Shown here: piece by piece, positions 39,968 through 49,516 of the stretch
How the letters are laid out: every line of letters starts with the position of its first letter
Position numbering within the stretch: the first letter of the stretch is position 1
Origin: Brevibacterium luteolum
GTDB taxonomy: Bacteria; Actinomycetota; Actinomycetes; Actinomycetales; Brevibacteriaceae
Length of the DNA: 64,000 nucleotides
Reading direction: 5' to 3'
NCBI RefSeq assembly: GCF_013004595.1
Contig: NZ_JABEMC010000003.1
Coordinates: 186,001 to 250,000, forward strand
Translations under genes and position numbers: made by a program
Notes under the pieces: generated by a model
What the model saw: only the letters and a program-made list of their open reading frames with translations
Told to the model about the DNA's origin: nothing
Database searches by the model: none

Positions 39968-41062
39968 CTACTCTGTGGTGAGGCGGGCGATATGGTCGGC
40001 CGCCACAGCAGCACCGGGTCGAAGCGCGCGCAGCCGCCGCCCATGAGATGCCGCGTTCTCGCGCACAGTGCTGTCGGTCAGCAGCGAGGTGACCGCGGCC
40101 GCCAGTCTGCGCGGACGCGCCGAAGGCCGCACGCGCATTCCCAGTCCGCGTTCTCGCAGCACATCACCGATGCCGGCTTCATCCGAGACCGGGTTGACCG
40201 GCATCACAAGAACCGGGATGCCATGGGCGAGCGCCTTGAGTGTCGTCGAATGTCCGCCATGCCCGATGAGCAGATCCATCTGCGGCATCAGCGCGGCATG
40301 ATCGACCCAGCCGCGCACCTCGACATTGTCGGCCCCGTCGAGTTCATTGCTGAATGATGCACCGCCGGTGGTGACGATGGCGTCGACGGGCAGGTGGGAG
40401 AGTGCTTCGATGACGCGCCGGTAGATCGGCTTCATGCCCGGCCAGTCGGTTGTCGACAGTGACACGAGGACGCGAGGACGGTGACCGGGTAGGCCCCGGG
40501 TCGGAGGGGATGCCTGTTCGGTCGATCCAGTCCAGGTGCAGTGGCGCAGCACCGGGTTGCGGCTGCCGGGGTCGAGTTCGGCATCGGTGAGCATGAGCCG
40601 CGCCGCGGCCTGGTCCCAGTTCCTGCTCAGGCTCACGCCGAACAGGTCGAGACCCTCAGCGGTGAAGGGGTGGTACAGGCGTGACCAGTATTTTCCGAAG
40701 GTGTGGGCGAGCACGACTACCGGAATGCTGGAGACGAGGGCGGCGCGCAGCGGAGTGAGCAGCAGGCAGTCAACGGCGATGACATCCGGCTGGCTGGCAG
40801 CGATGATGGCGGCAGCGTCTTCGCGTGCATACGGGCTGGCAGTGATCCTGACGATCGACGCAATGCGGGCGATGCCCATCCCTGACACGGGTCCGGCTGC
40901 GATGCCTGCTGCAAAGGGCGGCTGGGGGAATCCGGATTCACCAGCTGCCAGGCCTGCGACCTCGATATCCCAGCCCCTGGCGGCAAGCTCCTCAGCGACC
41001 GCGAGGATCGGCGGCACATTGCCCCCGAGGTCGGCGGTGAAGAAGAGTGCCTTCACTGCCAC
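39968..41062 (-). CDS. GT1 (UGT/MGT-like) glycosyltransferase
   Basis: GNVPP, VLVSLST, GWVDH..HGGHSTT..GIP. Confidence 0.88.
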   Translation of the reverse strand: MAVKALFFTADLGGNVPPILAVAEELAARGWDIEVAGLAAGESGFPQPPFAAGIAAGPVSGMGIARIASIVRITASPYAREDAAAIIAASQPDVIAVDCLLLTPLRAALVSSIPVVVLAHTFGKYWSRLYHPFTAEGLDLFGVSLSRNWDQAAARLMLTDAELDPGSRNPVLRHCTWTGSTEQASPPTRGLPGHRPRVLVSLSTTDWPGMKPIYRRVIEALSHLPVDAIVTTGGASFSNELDGADNVEVRGWVDHAALMPQMDLLIGHGGHSTTLKALAHGIPVLVMPVNPVSDEAGIGDVLRERGLGMRVRPSARPRRLAAAVTSLLTDSTVRENAASHGRRLRALRPGAAVAADHIARLTTE

Positions 41063-41277
41063 ATCCTCTCGGCATCGGGGTCGGTGGGCGGTTCCGGAAC
41101 GAAATCAAGGATGGTTCTCAAACCCACGTTACTGCAACAGTGCTGGTCACCCCGGCGGCGGGCGAGTTCTCCACGAGTGGGCAGAACGACGCCGCATCGC
41201 TGACCGGTCTACGGAACGTGTCCGCTGATGCGACATACGGAACGATGACGCGAGAGACCAATGTCGAAGCAAAAGAG

Positions 41278-41330
41278 ATCTCGGGACATCGAGTGAACGA
41301 TGTCCCGAGATTCTAAGAAGTGGGCCCAGA
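41278..41330. repeat. Hairpin plus tRNA-Val 3'-end duplication, distal copy
   Basis: ATCTCGGGACATCG-AGTGAA-CGATGTCCCGAGAT then AAGTGGGCCCAGA; matches 42800-42857. Confidence 0.85.
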
Positions 41331-41354
41331 TGTGTCCCGAGTCAAGACATGTTC

Positions 41355-41762
41355 TCACTCGCCCGGGTACGAGCCAACAGACCAGAGATTGCCTTCTGGA
41401 TCTGCGACGGTGGCGACACGTCCGCCGTAGGGCTGGTCGGCGGGAACTTCGATGGTCGTGGCGCCGTTTGCCATCGCCTTCTCGTAGGTTGCGTCGACGT
41501 CAGCGTCTGCCGGGACCACGAGATAGCAGCGGGCCTGGCCGGCCGTGTCTGGGATCCTGTGAGGGCCTGGTTGCCGGGCGGAGCCAAGCATGATCCCGCC
41601 CGAATCGTGCCAGCGCAGTTCGGCATGCTCAACCCGGCTGGGGTCTGCTTCGCTGCGGACAACGAGGACCTGCTCGAACCCGAGCGCGGCGAGGAACGCT
41701 AGACCTTTGTCGGCATCGGCGTAGGTGAGGCAGTGAAACAGCTGGGGCTTGGTTGTCGTCAT
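41355..41762 (-). CDS. VOC/glyoxalase family protein
   Basis: LTYADA, HAELRW..GIMLG, DQPYGGR..DPEGNLW. Confidence 0.9.
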   Translation of the reverse strand: MTTTKPQLFHCLTYADADKGLAFLAALGFEQVLVVRSEADPSRVEHAELRWHDSGGIMLGSARQPGPHRIPDTAGQARCYLVVPADADVDATYEKAMANGATTIEVPADQPYGGRVATVADPEGNLWSVGSYPGE

Positions 41763-41766
41763 GTGT

Positions 41767-42573
41767 TCAATCATGGTCGGCGATCAGTGCCAGGTCTTGA
41801 AGATTTGGGAAATCTTCAGTTCGAGCTTTGGGACTGCCTCCGACGAATCTCTTCCATTCCCGCGAGAGGTGCGACTGATCTGCATACCCGCAACTGCTGG
41901 CCGCCTCGGTCAGGGACGCTCCTGATGCGACAAGGCGCTGGGCGTTCTCGAAGCGGGCCAGAAGGCTGATCTCTTTGGGCGTCAGGCCAAACTCTGCGCG
42001 GACGCGATTTCTCAGGTGGCGCCGCGAGTACCCAATTTCCGCGGCCACCTCGGCGACCGGAAGACCACTCCCAAGGAGACGCCACGCCGCCGTCACCGTG
42101 GGGTCGCCAGCCCACCGATTCAGTCGGGTCAACAGCATGGCTTCCGCGGCGGCGAGGCGGTCTGTCCACGAGGTGCGACTGGCGATGCTTTCATGCTCGT
42201 CGCAGGTCAGCCCTCGCGGCAGGTCATCCATATCGACGGTGTGTGTTGCCACAGAGCCGATCGGTGCGCCGAAGAGTGCTCGGCATCCAATCGGTGTGAC
42301 AGCCAGATGAATACCTCGTTGGAGACCGTGCGTGTGAATCAGCGCAGGACGCAGATGGAGACCGGAGATCGAGCACCAGCGCGCCGTGGATCGGTTGGGT
42401 TCGTGAAGCCACCCCACATCGAGAGGCTCCTCCACCGCGATGATCACCGTGGCGGCCGTGCTGGGCACTCCCACGTGGACGGCGTCGACCGGCAGCACAA
42501 TGTCGTAGGCCACCATGGGCTCAGCCAGGCAGCTCTGAAGTGCGGGATGAACCGGCCGTGTCACAGTCTCCAT
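41767..42573 (-). CDS. AraC-family regulator
   Basis: GYSRRHL..FGLTPK; GYADQSHLSREW. Confidence 0.92.
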   Translation of the reverse strand: METVTRPVHPALQSCLAEPMVAYDIVLPVDAVHVGVPSTAATVIIAVEEPLDVGWLHEPNRSTARWCSISGLHLRPALIHTHGLQRGIHLAVTPIGCRALFGAPIGSVATHTVDMDDLPRGLTCDEHESIASRTSWTDRLAAAEAMLLTRLNRWAGDPTVTAAWRLLGSGLPVAEVAAEIGYSRRHLRNRVRAEFGLTPKEISLLARFENAQRLVASGASLTEAASSCGYADQSHLSREWKRFVGGSPKARTEDFPNLQDLALIADHD

Positions 42574-42799
42574 CTCCCAAGCCTAGCTGCGAGACCACGC
42601 GCTCATGTCCTGTAGAGCTGGCGCCTGGGCCCAGGGAGAGGTTGACGGCTGGCCGTCATGGTGAGTGCAGATGTGGTCGCCGAGGTGGATGAGCCAGTTG
42701 ACCGAGGCGGTGCCGGCGCTGGTGAGGATGGCGGTGAAGCGTCCTGCGTGTCGTTTCTCGATGGCGGGTAGCCTGGGACATCAGCGCCAAAACGAGAAG

Positions 42800-42837
42800 A
42801 AGTCTCGGGGCATCGAGTGGACGATGTCCCGAGACTT
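42800..42837 (-). terminator. Hairpin downstream of tRNA-Val, proximal repeat copy
   Basis: AAGTCTCGGGGCATCG/CGATGTCCCGAGACTT. Confidence 0.65.
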
Positions 42838-42847
42838 GAAGAAAAAG

Positions 42848-42921
42848 TGGGCCCAGAGGGACTCGAACCCCCGACCCTCTCGGTGTAAACGAGATGCTCT
42901 AGCCAACTGAGCTATAGGCCC
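42848..42921 (-). tRNA. tRNA-Val(TAC), CCA not encoded
   Basis: Acceptor GGGCCTA/TGGGCCC; anticodon arm TCTCG-TTTACAC-CGAGA. Confidence 0.97.
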
Positions 42922-43006
42922 CCAGCCGGAATCGTCTCCGGCCGGACAACAGTATGCCATACGAGCAGGCCGGGGCGCCCTTTCCCACACGCCCCAGCCT
43001 CAATGC

Positions 43007-44518
43007 TCAGCGGTCGCGCAGTTCGCGCTTGAGGATCTTGCCCGAGGTGTTCTTCGGCAGCTCCTCGACGAAGTGAACGGCCTTGGGCACCTTGAACGGA
43101 GCCAGGCGCTCTTTGACGTGGTCGATGACCGCGTCCTCGGTGATCTCACCCTTCGGCACAACGAACGCGGTGATCGCCTCGATCCACTTGTCATCGGGCA
43201 TGCCGACGACTGCCACCTCGCCGACGGCGTCGAGTTCGAAGATCGCGTCCTCCACCTGGCGGGAGGCCACGAGCACACCACCGGTGTTGATGACGTCCTT
43301 GACGCGGTCAACGACCTCGATAAAGCCCTGCTCATCTGCGACGACGAGGTCACCGGAGTGGAACCAGCCATCCCGCAGCGCCTCCTCGGTCGCCTCGGGC
43401 TTGTTCCAGTACTCGCGCATGAGCTGCGGGGAGCGGTAGACGATCTCGCCCTGCCCACCGGGTCCGACCTCCTGGCCCATCGGGTCGACGACGCGGGCGT
43501 CGACGAACAGCACCGGGCGGCCTGCCGAACCGGGATGATCGTCGTGCTCCTCCGGTCGCAGCACCGTGCACAGCGGGCCGAGCTCGGACTGGCCGAAGCA
43601 GTTGTAGAAGCCGAGCTCCGGGAGGTGATCGCGCAGTTTCTTCAGCACCGGGCCGGGCATGATCGATGCACCGTAGTAGGCGCGCTTGAGGCTGGAGAGA
43701 TCGCGTTCGAAGAACGCCGGGGTGTTCGCCAGCGCCACCCACACCGTGGGTGCGGCGAAGAATGAGGTGATCCGCTCCGAGGCGAACAGCTCGATGAGCT
43801 CAGCCGGGACGGGAGCGGGCACGATGATGTTGTACGAGCCCTTGAGCAGGCTCGGCAGCAGGAACACGTGCATCTGCGCCGAGTGGTACATCGGCAGTGC
43901 GTGGACCTGCCGGTCCTCAGCCGAGAAGTCGAGGACGTCAAGGCAGCTGAGGTACTCGTGCATGAGCGACCGGTGCGTCATCACTGCACCCTTGGGCGCC
44001 GAGGTGGTGCCCGAGGTGTAGAGCAGCTGGACGGCGTCGGTGTCGATGACATCGAACTCGCCCTCGCCGACCGGTGTGACATCTGTGGCAGTGGCGACCG
44101 GCACGAGGTCGTCCATCGTCAGGCGCTGGGCGGCTTGGCCTGCCTCGGTGTTCTCGACATGCTCCATGAGGTCGGCATCGGCGATGACGACGCCGGCGCC
44201 GGAGTCGGTGAGGATGTACTGGAGCTCGTTCTCCTTGAGCTGGTAGTTCACCGGCACGTGGATGAGGCCGGCGCGCGCGGCGGCGAGGAACACGATGAGG
44301 TACAGGTCGGAGTTCTTGCCGTAGGCGGCGACGCGCTCACCCTTGGACAGGCCGAGTGAGACCAGATGCCGGGCCACGGCGGTGATGGCGACATCGAGCT
44401 GCGGGTAGGTCCAGGTGCGGTCGGCGAAGACGACGCCGACCCGGTCGGTGTTCCGGCGTGCAGACCGGGCCACCGCATCGGAGATGGTGCTGGCATTCAG
44501 GGCAGTGATGTGATTCAT
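43007..44518 (-). CDS. Fatty acyl-CoA synthetase
   Basis: YTSGTTSAPKG, FGQSE, WFHSGD, PKNTSGKILK. Confidence 0.93.
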   Translation of the reverse strand: MNHITALNASTISDAVARSARRNTDRVGVVFADRTWTYPQLDVAITAVARHLVSLGLSKGERVAAYGKNSDLYLIVFLAAARAGLIHVPVNYQLKENELQYILTDSGAGVVIADADLMEHVENTEAGQAAQRLTMDDLVPVATATDVTPVGEGEFDVIDTDAVQLLYTSGTTSAPKGAVMTHRSLMHEYLSCLDVLDFSAEDRQVHALPMYHSAQMHVFLLPSLLKGSYNIIVPAPVPAELIELFASERITSFFAAPTVWVALANTPAFFERDLSSLKRAYYGASIMPGPVLKKLRDHLPELGFYNCFGQSELGPLCTVLRPEEHDDHPGSAGRPVLFVDARVVDPMGQEVGPGGQGEIVYRSPQLMREYWNKPEATEEALRDGWFHSGDLVVADEQGFIEVVDRVKDVINTGGVLVASRQVEDAIFELDAVGEVAVVGMPDDKWIEAITAFVVPKGEITEDAVIDHVKERLAPFKVPKAVHFVEELPKNTSGKILKRELRDR

Positions 44519-44651
44519 ACCACCGATTATGCGCTAGGGCCTGAAGCGCTCTGCACGGGGGTCTCATCTTGTGCCAGACCGCCAGCGGCTAGCACGGACA
44601 GGCTCATCATGGCGAATGTTCTCAGCAGCTGAAATGTATTACGGTATCCGC

Positions 44652-45506
44652 ATGGGCTCACCTCGCGTTTCGGACATCGTCAGCATCTGCGACTCGCTGT
44701 GGCCTCCGGCCTACGCAGAGCCCTGGGACAGCGTCGGGCTCGCTGTCGGCGACCCGTCTGCTGAGGTCTCCCACATCCACCTCGCACTCGACCCGATGGA
44801 TGCCGTCATCGCCGAGGCGAAAGACCTGGGAGCCGACTTCCTCTTCACCCATCACCCGCTGCTGCTGCGCGGGATCACCTCCGTGGCAGCCGACACTCTC
44901 AAGGGCGGGGCCATCACGGAACTCATCCGCTCCGGCATCGCCCAGTACAACGCCCACACCAACGCCGACTCCGTCATCGGAGGGGTCTCCGACGTTCTGG
45001 CTGAGGCGATCGAACTGACCGGACTCACCCCGCTCGTCCAGCACAGCGACGCCCCTGCCGGAGTGGGTCTCGGCAGGGTCGGAACCCTGTCGGCTCGGGT
45101 GAGTGTGCGCGAGCTCGCCGCCCGCCTGGCCAAGGCGGCACCGGTAACCGCCACCGGCATCCGCATCGCAGGCGACCCCGAAGTTCAGGTCGAGCGGGTG
45201 GCCGTGCTCGGGGGAGCAGGGGACTCGCTCTTCGACGAAGTCCGCGCCACCGACGCCGAGGTCTACATCACCTCCGATCTGCGCCATCACCCGGCCACCG
45301 AAGCCCGGGACACCGCCCACCGGTGCGCCGCAGGCACCCCGCATCTCATCGACATCTCCCATTGGGCAGCCGAATCCATGTGGATGGCCAGAGCCGCCGA
45401 ACAGCTGCGCGAACGGCTGAGCTCAGGCGGCATGGACGTGACGGTCACAGTCTCGGAGATCTCGACCGACCCGTGGACAGAGCGCATCGGACAGGCAGGT
45501 GAATGA
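44652..45506 (+). CDS. Nif3-like dinuclear metal center protein, short form
   Basis: WDSVGL, THHP, AHTNAD, SDLRHH, HWAAE. Confidence 0.93.
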   Translation: MGSPRVSDIVSICDSLWPPAYAEPWDSVGLAVGDPSAEVSHIHLALDPMDAVIAEAKDLGADFLFTHHPLLLRGITSVAADTLKGGAITELIRSGIAQYNAHTNADSVIGGVSDVLAEAIELTGLTPLVQHSDAPAGVGLGRVGTLSARVSVRELAARLAKAAPVTATGIRIAGDPEVQVERVAVLGGAGDSLFDEVRATDAEVYITSDLRHHPATEARDTAHRCAAGTPHLIDISHWAAESMWMARAAEQLRERLSSGGMDVTVTVSEISTDPWTERIGQAGE

Positions 45507-46252
45507 CATACATGACAGCCAACACGACAATACTGAGCACAGACGAGCAGCAGGCGCTGAACGACTGGATCGAAACGGCAGCCGCATCACGCAAGACCGA
45601 GCATGAGGCCAAGCAGACCGAGCTCATCGCCCGGCTGCGCCAGCTCGCCGGCGAACACCAGGCGACTGCCGCGATGCTCAAAGAGCTCGAAGCCGCCCAG
45701 GCCGGATACCGCAAACAGGCCGCTGAGATCGATGCCGACGTCGAAGCCCGCAGCACCCGCATCGAGCAGATGCGCGATGCCCTCAACTCCGGTGAAGGCC
45801 TGACCAGCCGTGACCTCGTGGCGCTGCAGTCCGATATCGACACCGCGATTGCAGCCAAAGGTGAGCGCGAGAACGACCAGCTCGAAGTCATGGGCGAGAT
45901 CGACGACCTCACCGAGCGCATCAGCACCGTCACCGAGGACCTCAATCAGATCGCCGCCACCGGCAAGCAGCTGCAGGCCGAACGCGCCTATCGCGCCGCC
46001 GAACTGCAGTCCCGCAGCGAAGAGCTCGCCGCCAAACGCCAGCAGATCGCCTCCCAGCTGCCCGGCCCGATCGGCAGCCGGCTGATGCAGGCATTCGCCG
46101 CCGGTCAGCCGACGGCCGCGCATGTCAGCGCCGGCTCCTGCGGTTCTTGCGGCTCGCAGATCAGCGCGATGACCATCGACCGACTCGGCGCCTCGGGATC
46201 CGGAGCAACCGCCGACTGCGATGAGTGCGGCGCTCTGCTGCTGCACGCTTGA
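45503..46252 (+). CDS. Coiled-coil C4 zinc-ribbon protein
   Basis: CGSC..CDEC at the C-terminus; follows Nif3. Confidence 0.88.
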   Translation: MTYMTANTTILSTDEQQALNDWIETAAASRKTEHEAKQTELIARLRQLAGEHQATAAMLKELEAAQAGYRKQAAEIDADVEARSTRIEQMRDALNSGEGLTSRDLVALQSDIDTAIAAKGERENDQLEVMGEIDDLTERISTVTEDLNQIAATGKQLQAERAYRAAELQSRSEELAAKRQQIASQLPGPIGSRLMQAFAAGQPTAAHVSAGSCGSCGSQISAMTIDRLGASGSGATADCDECGALLLHA

Positions 46253-46269
46253 CCTGCACGTGAGTGTTC

Positions 46270-47031
46270 TCAGCCGGGCAGAACGATCGTCAGCTCGGCA
46301 GGCTTGCGCTTCGTGGCAGGGGTCAGCTCCGCCTCATAGTGCTTGCGCGCAGCCTTGAGCAGCGCCTCAGGAGTCTCCGGCAGGCCCGCTCTGCTGCGCA
46401 GCAGATGACCGGCGAGCTCCCCGCGCGTGAGCTTGGCGTTGTGGGAGACGACCGAGCGCTTGCCGTTCTTCTCCGTCACTGCGGAAACGGTTACGACCTG
46501 ATCGACCGGCCCCGGCCAGGACTTGCGGTACTCCGTCGAGCGGCAGTCGAGGATGAGCTGACCGGCGAACTCCTCATCGAGGACCGGTGAGAGGCGCTTC
46601 TTCCACCATGTGGCGAGCACCCCATGCGCGGCGAGCTTCGTCTTCATCGACAGCCGGTAGGCAGGAATCGGATCACCTGCTGCCAGGAGCCCGAACAGCG
46701 CTGAGGATACATAGACCTGCGAGAGACGTTCGCCAGCCTTGCCGCGCATACTCCCCGCATCGAGGGCGGCATACAGGACCCCGGTGTAAGTCTCCAGCGC
46801 AGGAGCACAGGGGATCTCCGTCAGGTGCGTATTGCGCTCGACATCGTCCTGGAGGGAGAGCCCCACACCGAGCTGCTCGCAGGCATCGGGCTCAGCTGAG
46901 ACCTCGGCGAGTGATTCGAGAACCTCGATGCGGGCACCGGTGAGCTCCGGGAAGCTCAGCTCATCGAAATCGAGCACCGGACCCGAGGCGGCAAGCGTCT
47001 TGCCCTCAGAGGGCGGCAGCAGAACAATCAC
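46270..47031 (-). CDS. yaaA: Peroxide stress protein YaaA (UPF0246)
   Basis: LLPPSEGK, YTGVLY, SALFG, YRLSM, KLTRG. Confidence 0.9.
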   Translation of the reverse strand: MIVLLPPSEGKTLAASGPVLDFDELSFPELTGARIEVLESLAEVSAEPDACEQLGVGLSLQDDVERNTHLTEIPCAPALETYTGVLYAALDAGSMRGKAGERLSQVYVSSALFGLLAAGDPIPAYRLSMKTKLAAHGVLATWWKKRLSPVLDEEFAGQLILDCRSTEYRKSWPGPVDQVVTVSAVTEKNGKRSVVSHNAKLTRGELAGHLLRSRAGLPETPEALLKAARKHYEAELTPATKRKPAELTIVLPG

Positions 47032-47136
47032 GCCAGCCATCGTAGCCATCTCCAGACCCCAACCTGCGTTCAGGTGCAGGTGAGGATGCGCACATCCGGT
47101 GCCTGTCGCCTCGGGCGCGGGCGTACACTGGAGGCC

Positions 47137-47506
47137 GAGGTCAGGTCGCCGGACGGTCGCGGCAGCAGATGCTGACGAGGAACGTCCGGGCTCCACAGAG
47201 CACGGCGGTGGGTAACGCCCACCCGGGGCAACTCGCGGGACAGTGCCACAGAAAGCAGACCGCCGGTCATCGGCCGGTAAGGGTGAAAGGGTGGTGTAAG
47301 AGACCACCGGGTGCCAGGTGACTGGGATCGCACGGTAAACCCCGCCGGGAGCAAGATCGCACAGACAGCGCCTGACGGCTGCTCGCTGAAGCTGTCGGGT
47401 AGATCGCTTGAGGGCACCGGCAACGGTGCTCCTAGACAGATGACCGTCACGCAGACCGGGGCGACCCGCCTGCGGACAGAACCCGGCGTACAGGCGGCCT
47501 GACCTC
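47137..47506 (+). ncRNA. rnpB: RNase P RNA, class A
   Basis: GAGGAACGTCCGGGCTC, AGTGCCACAGAAA, GGTAAACCCC, ACAGAACCCGGCGTA; 5'/3' P1 pairing. Confidence 0.97.
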
Positions 47507-47630
47507 CCCGTCTTTGCAGTCCTTTATACATTTGATAGTTCGGCCAGGCGGCCAATGAGAAGGCACTCGAGGATGCCAACCAGAATCTCAGCCGGGTGCT
47601 GCAGGAGTGGCACGAGCACTCATGAACAGG

Positions 47631-48368
47631 TCAGTCCGGCAGGCGCAGCCAGGCAGGTGCCTGGGCCTGGAAATCACCGGCACCGAGGCGGTGGCCGGCT
47701 CCGGCTGGCAGGGCACCGAGCAGCGGGGCGATGGTCGTGAGCGCCTCGCGGTTGTCGATATCGACCGGCAGGGCAGGATCAGGCCACGAGCCGATGACGA
47801 GGCCAGTGACGTCCACGTCGCGGTGGGCCAGCGCTTCGGCGGTCAGTGCGGTGTGATTCAGTGTGCCCAGCCGTGAGCGGGCGACGATGACGGCACCGAC
47901 CGGTTCACAGGATTCGGCTGCCAGGGTGCGAGCGAGATCGGCTGCCGTGTGCCCGCCGAAGTCGACGAGCACCCCGCCAGCGCCTTCGATGAGGACATGG
48001 TCGGCGCTGGTCTTCGCAGCCAGCTCGCGGATGTACTCAGCATGCTCACCGGCTGTCGGCAGGCTGGCGCCTTCGGCACGGGCGGCCGGGACTGGTGCCA
48101 TCGGCAGGCGCAGGGTGGTGAGTGTGAACGTCTCGATGCCGGCCAGCCGGGCGATGATCTGCGCATCGGATTCGGTTACGACGTCGGAGTACTGTGCCTC
48201 CAGTTCGGTGCGCTCGGGGTCATCGGGGCTGATGTGCCCGGTCTGCACGGGCTTGACCATGATGACCCGTCGCCCGGCCGCTGAGAGCGCTGCCGCCAGG
48301 GCGGCGGTCGCGATCGTCTTGCCGACACCGGTGTCGGTGCCGGTGACAAGCAGGTACCGGGGGATCAT
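47631..48368 (-). CDS. bioD: Dethiobiotin synthase
   Basis: TGTDTGVGKT, KPVQTG, EGAGG, LGTLNH. Confidence 0.95.
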   Translation of the reverse strand: MIPRYLLVTGTDTGVGKTIATAALAAALSAAGRRVIMVKPVQTGHISPDDPERTELEAQYSDVVTESDAQIIARLAGIETFTLTTLRLPMAPVPAARAEGASLPTAGEHAEYIRELAAKTSADHVLIEGAGGVLVDFGGHTAADLARTLAAESCEPVGAVIVARSRLGTLNHTALTAEALAHRDVDVTGLVIGSWPDPALPVDIDNREALTTIAPLLGALPAGAGHRLGAGDFQAQAPAWLRLPD

Positions 48369-49516
48369 GACCCGGTCACCTGAGCGCCGGCGACCAGGGA
48401 TGCGCAGGCATCGGTGATCGCACGGATGCGGGTGCAGGCGCGTTCGAGTTCGGCGCTGCTGAGGCCGGCGCGGGCGGTCGGCCGCACCCGGGTGATGCCA
48501 TCGGGGACCGAGGGCGGGCGGAAGCAGCCGACGAGGATGCCCTCCTCGCGCAGCAGCTCCCGGGCCCGCACTCCGGATTCGGGGCTGGGCATCGGCACCG
48601 AGAGCACCGCACCGGCCGGGACCGGCACCTCGAGCGCGGCCGCCAGCTGAGCGCGGGCAGCCGCCATGTCGGAGACCCGTTCTGGGGTGATGAGGTCGAG
48701 TGCGGCACGGGCGGCAGCGGCATTGGCCGGTGCCAGGCCGGTGTCGAAGATGAACGAGCGGGCGGTGTTGATCGCCGCGTCGCGGATGAGCTCGCTGCCC
48801 AGCAGCGCACCGCCCTGCGAGCCGAGAGCTTTGGACAAGGTGGCGGTGACGACGAGCCGGTCGCGGTGAGCTGAGAGCTGGGCGGTTGCGCCAAAGCCGG
48901 TGTGCTCACCGGTGCCGGCGACCCCGAGGCCGTGAGCTTCGTCGACGAGGAGCATCGCGTCGTAGCGGGCGCACAGATCGAGCAGTGCGTCCAGATCTGC
49001 GGCATCACCGAGGACGGAGTAGACCGATTCGACGATGACGAGTGCCTCGGGCTGGCGGCGTTCGGCCAGTGCGGCCTCGACGGCTGCCGTGTCGTTGTGG
49101 GCGACGATCTGCACCGGTGCCTTCGTCAGCCGGCACGCATCGATGAGCGAGGCGTGGTTGTGGGCGTCGGAGACGATGAGCGTATCCGGCCCAGCCAGTG
49201 TGGCCACCGCAGCGAGATTGGCCATATACCCGCTGGAGAAGGTGACGCAGGCCGGGTGGAGCAGCCGCTCGGCCAGGGCGGCTTCGAGCGCGTGATGGGC
49301 TCGCGTCGTGCCGGTGACGAGCCGGGAGGCACGTGCCGAGGTGCCGAACTGCTCGATCGCCTCGATGGCCGCCGCACGCACCTGCGGGTGCTGGGACAGG
49401 CTGAGGTAATCGTTCGAGGCGAGGTCGAGGCCGGTGAGCACCGGATCAGTGCGGTGCATATCAGCAGCCTGCCGTCGCTCACCGGCAGCCGCGAGCCGCG
49501 CGGCGACGGCGTTCAC
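48365..49516 (-). CDS. bioF: 8-amino-7-oxononanoate synthase
   Basis: SNDYL, NHASLID, DEAH, TLSKALG. Confidence 0.95.
   Translation of the reverse strand: MNAVAARLAAAGERRQAADMHRTDPVLTGLDLASNDYLSLSQHPQVRAAAIEAIEQFGTSARASRLVTGTTRAHHALEAALAERLLHPACVTFSSGYMANLAAVATLAGPDTLIVSDAHNHASLIDACRLTKAPVQIVAHNDTAAVEAALAERRQPEALVIVESVYSVLGDAADLDALLDLCARYDAMLLVDEAHGLGVAGTGEHTGFGATAQLSAHRDRLVVTATLSKALGSQGGALLGSELIRDAAINTARSFIFDTGLAPANAAAARAALDLITPERVSDMAAARAQLAAALEVPVPAGAVLSVPMPSPESGVRARELLREEGILVGCFRPPSVPDGITRVRPTARAGLSSAELERACTRIRAITDACASLVAGAQVTGS

Larger units (their letters stand above)
41331..42844. mobile_element. Non-autonomous cargo islet (AraC + VOC) at tRNA-Val
   Basis: Flanked by the 13-bp direct repeat AAGTGGGCCCAGA; visibly more AT-rich codons; no recombinase. 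Confidence 0.6.

Noticed and set aside
39968..41270. GT1 as a rifamycin glycosyltransferase
   Set aside because: No recognisable rifamycin-associated element upstream; the substrate cannot be assigned
25665..41277. Whole tRNA-Pro to tRNA-Val interval as one genomic island
   Set aside because: No integrase and no further att copy found; tRNA-Pro points away from the interval; most genes have host-like codon use
41278..42857. Repeats as a CRISPR array
   Set aside because: Only two copies 1.5 kb apart, and no cas genes
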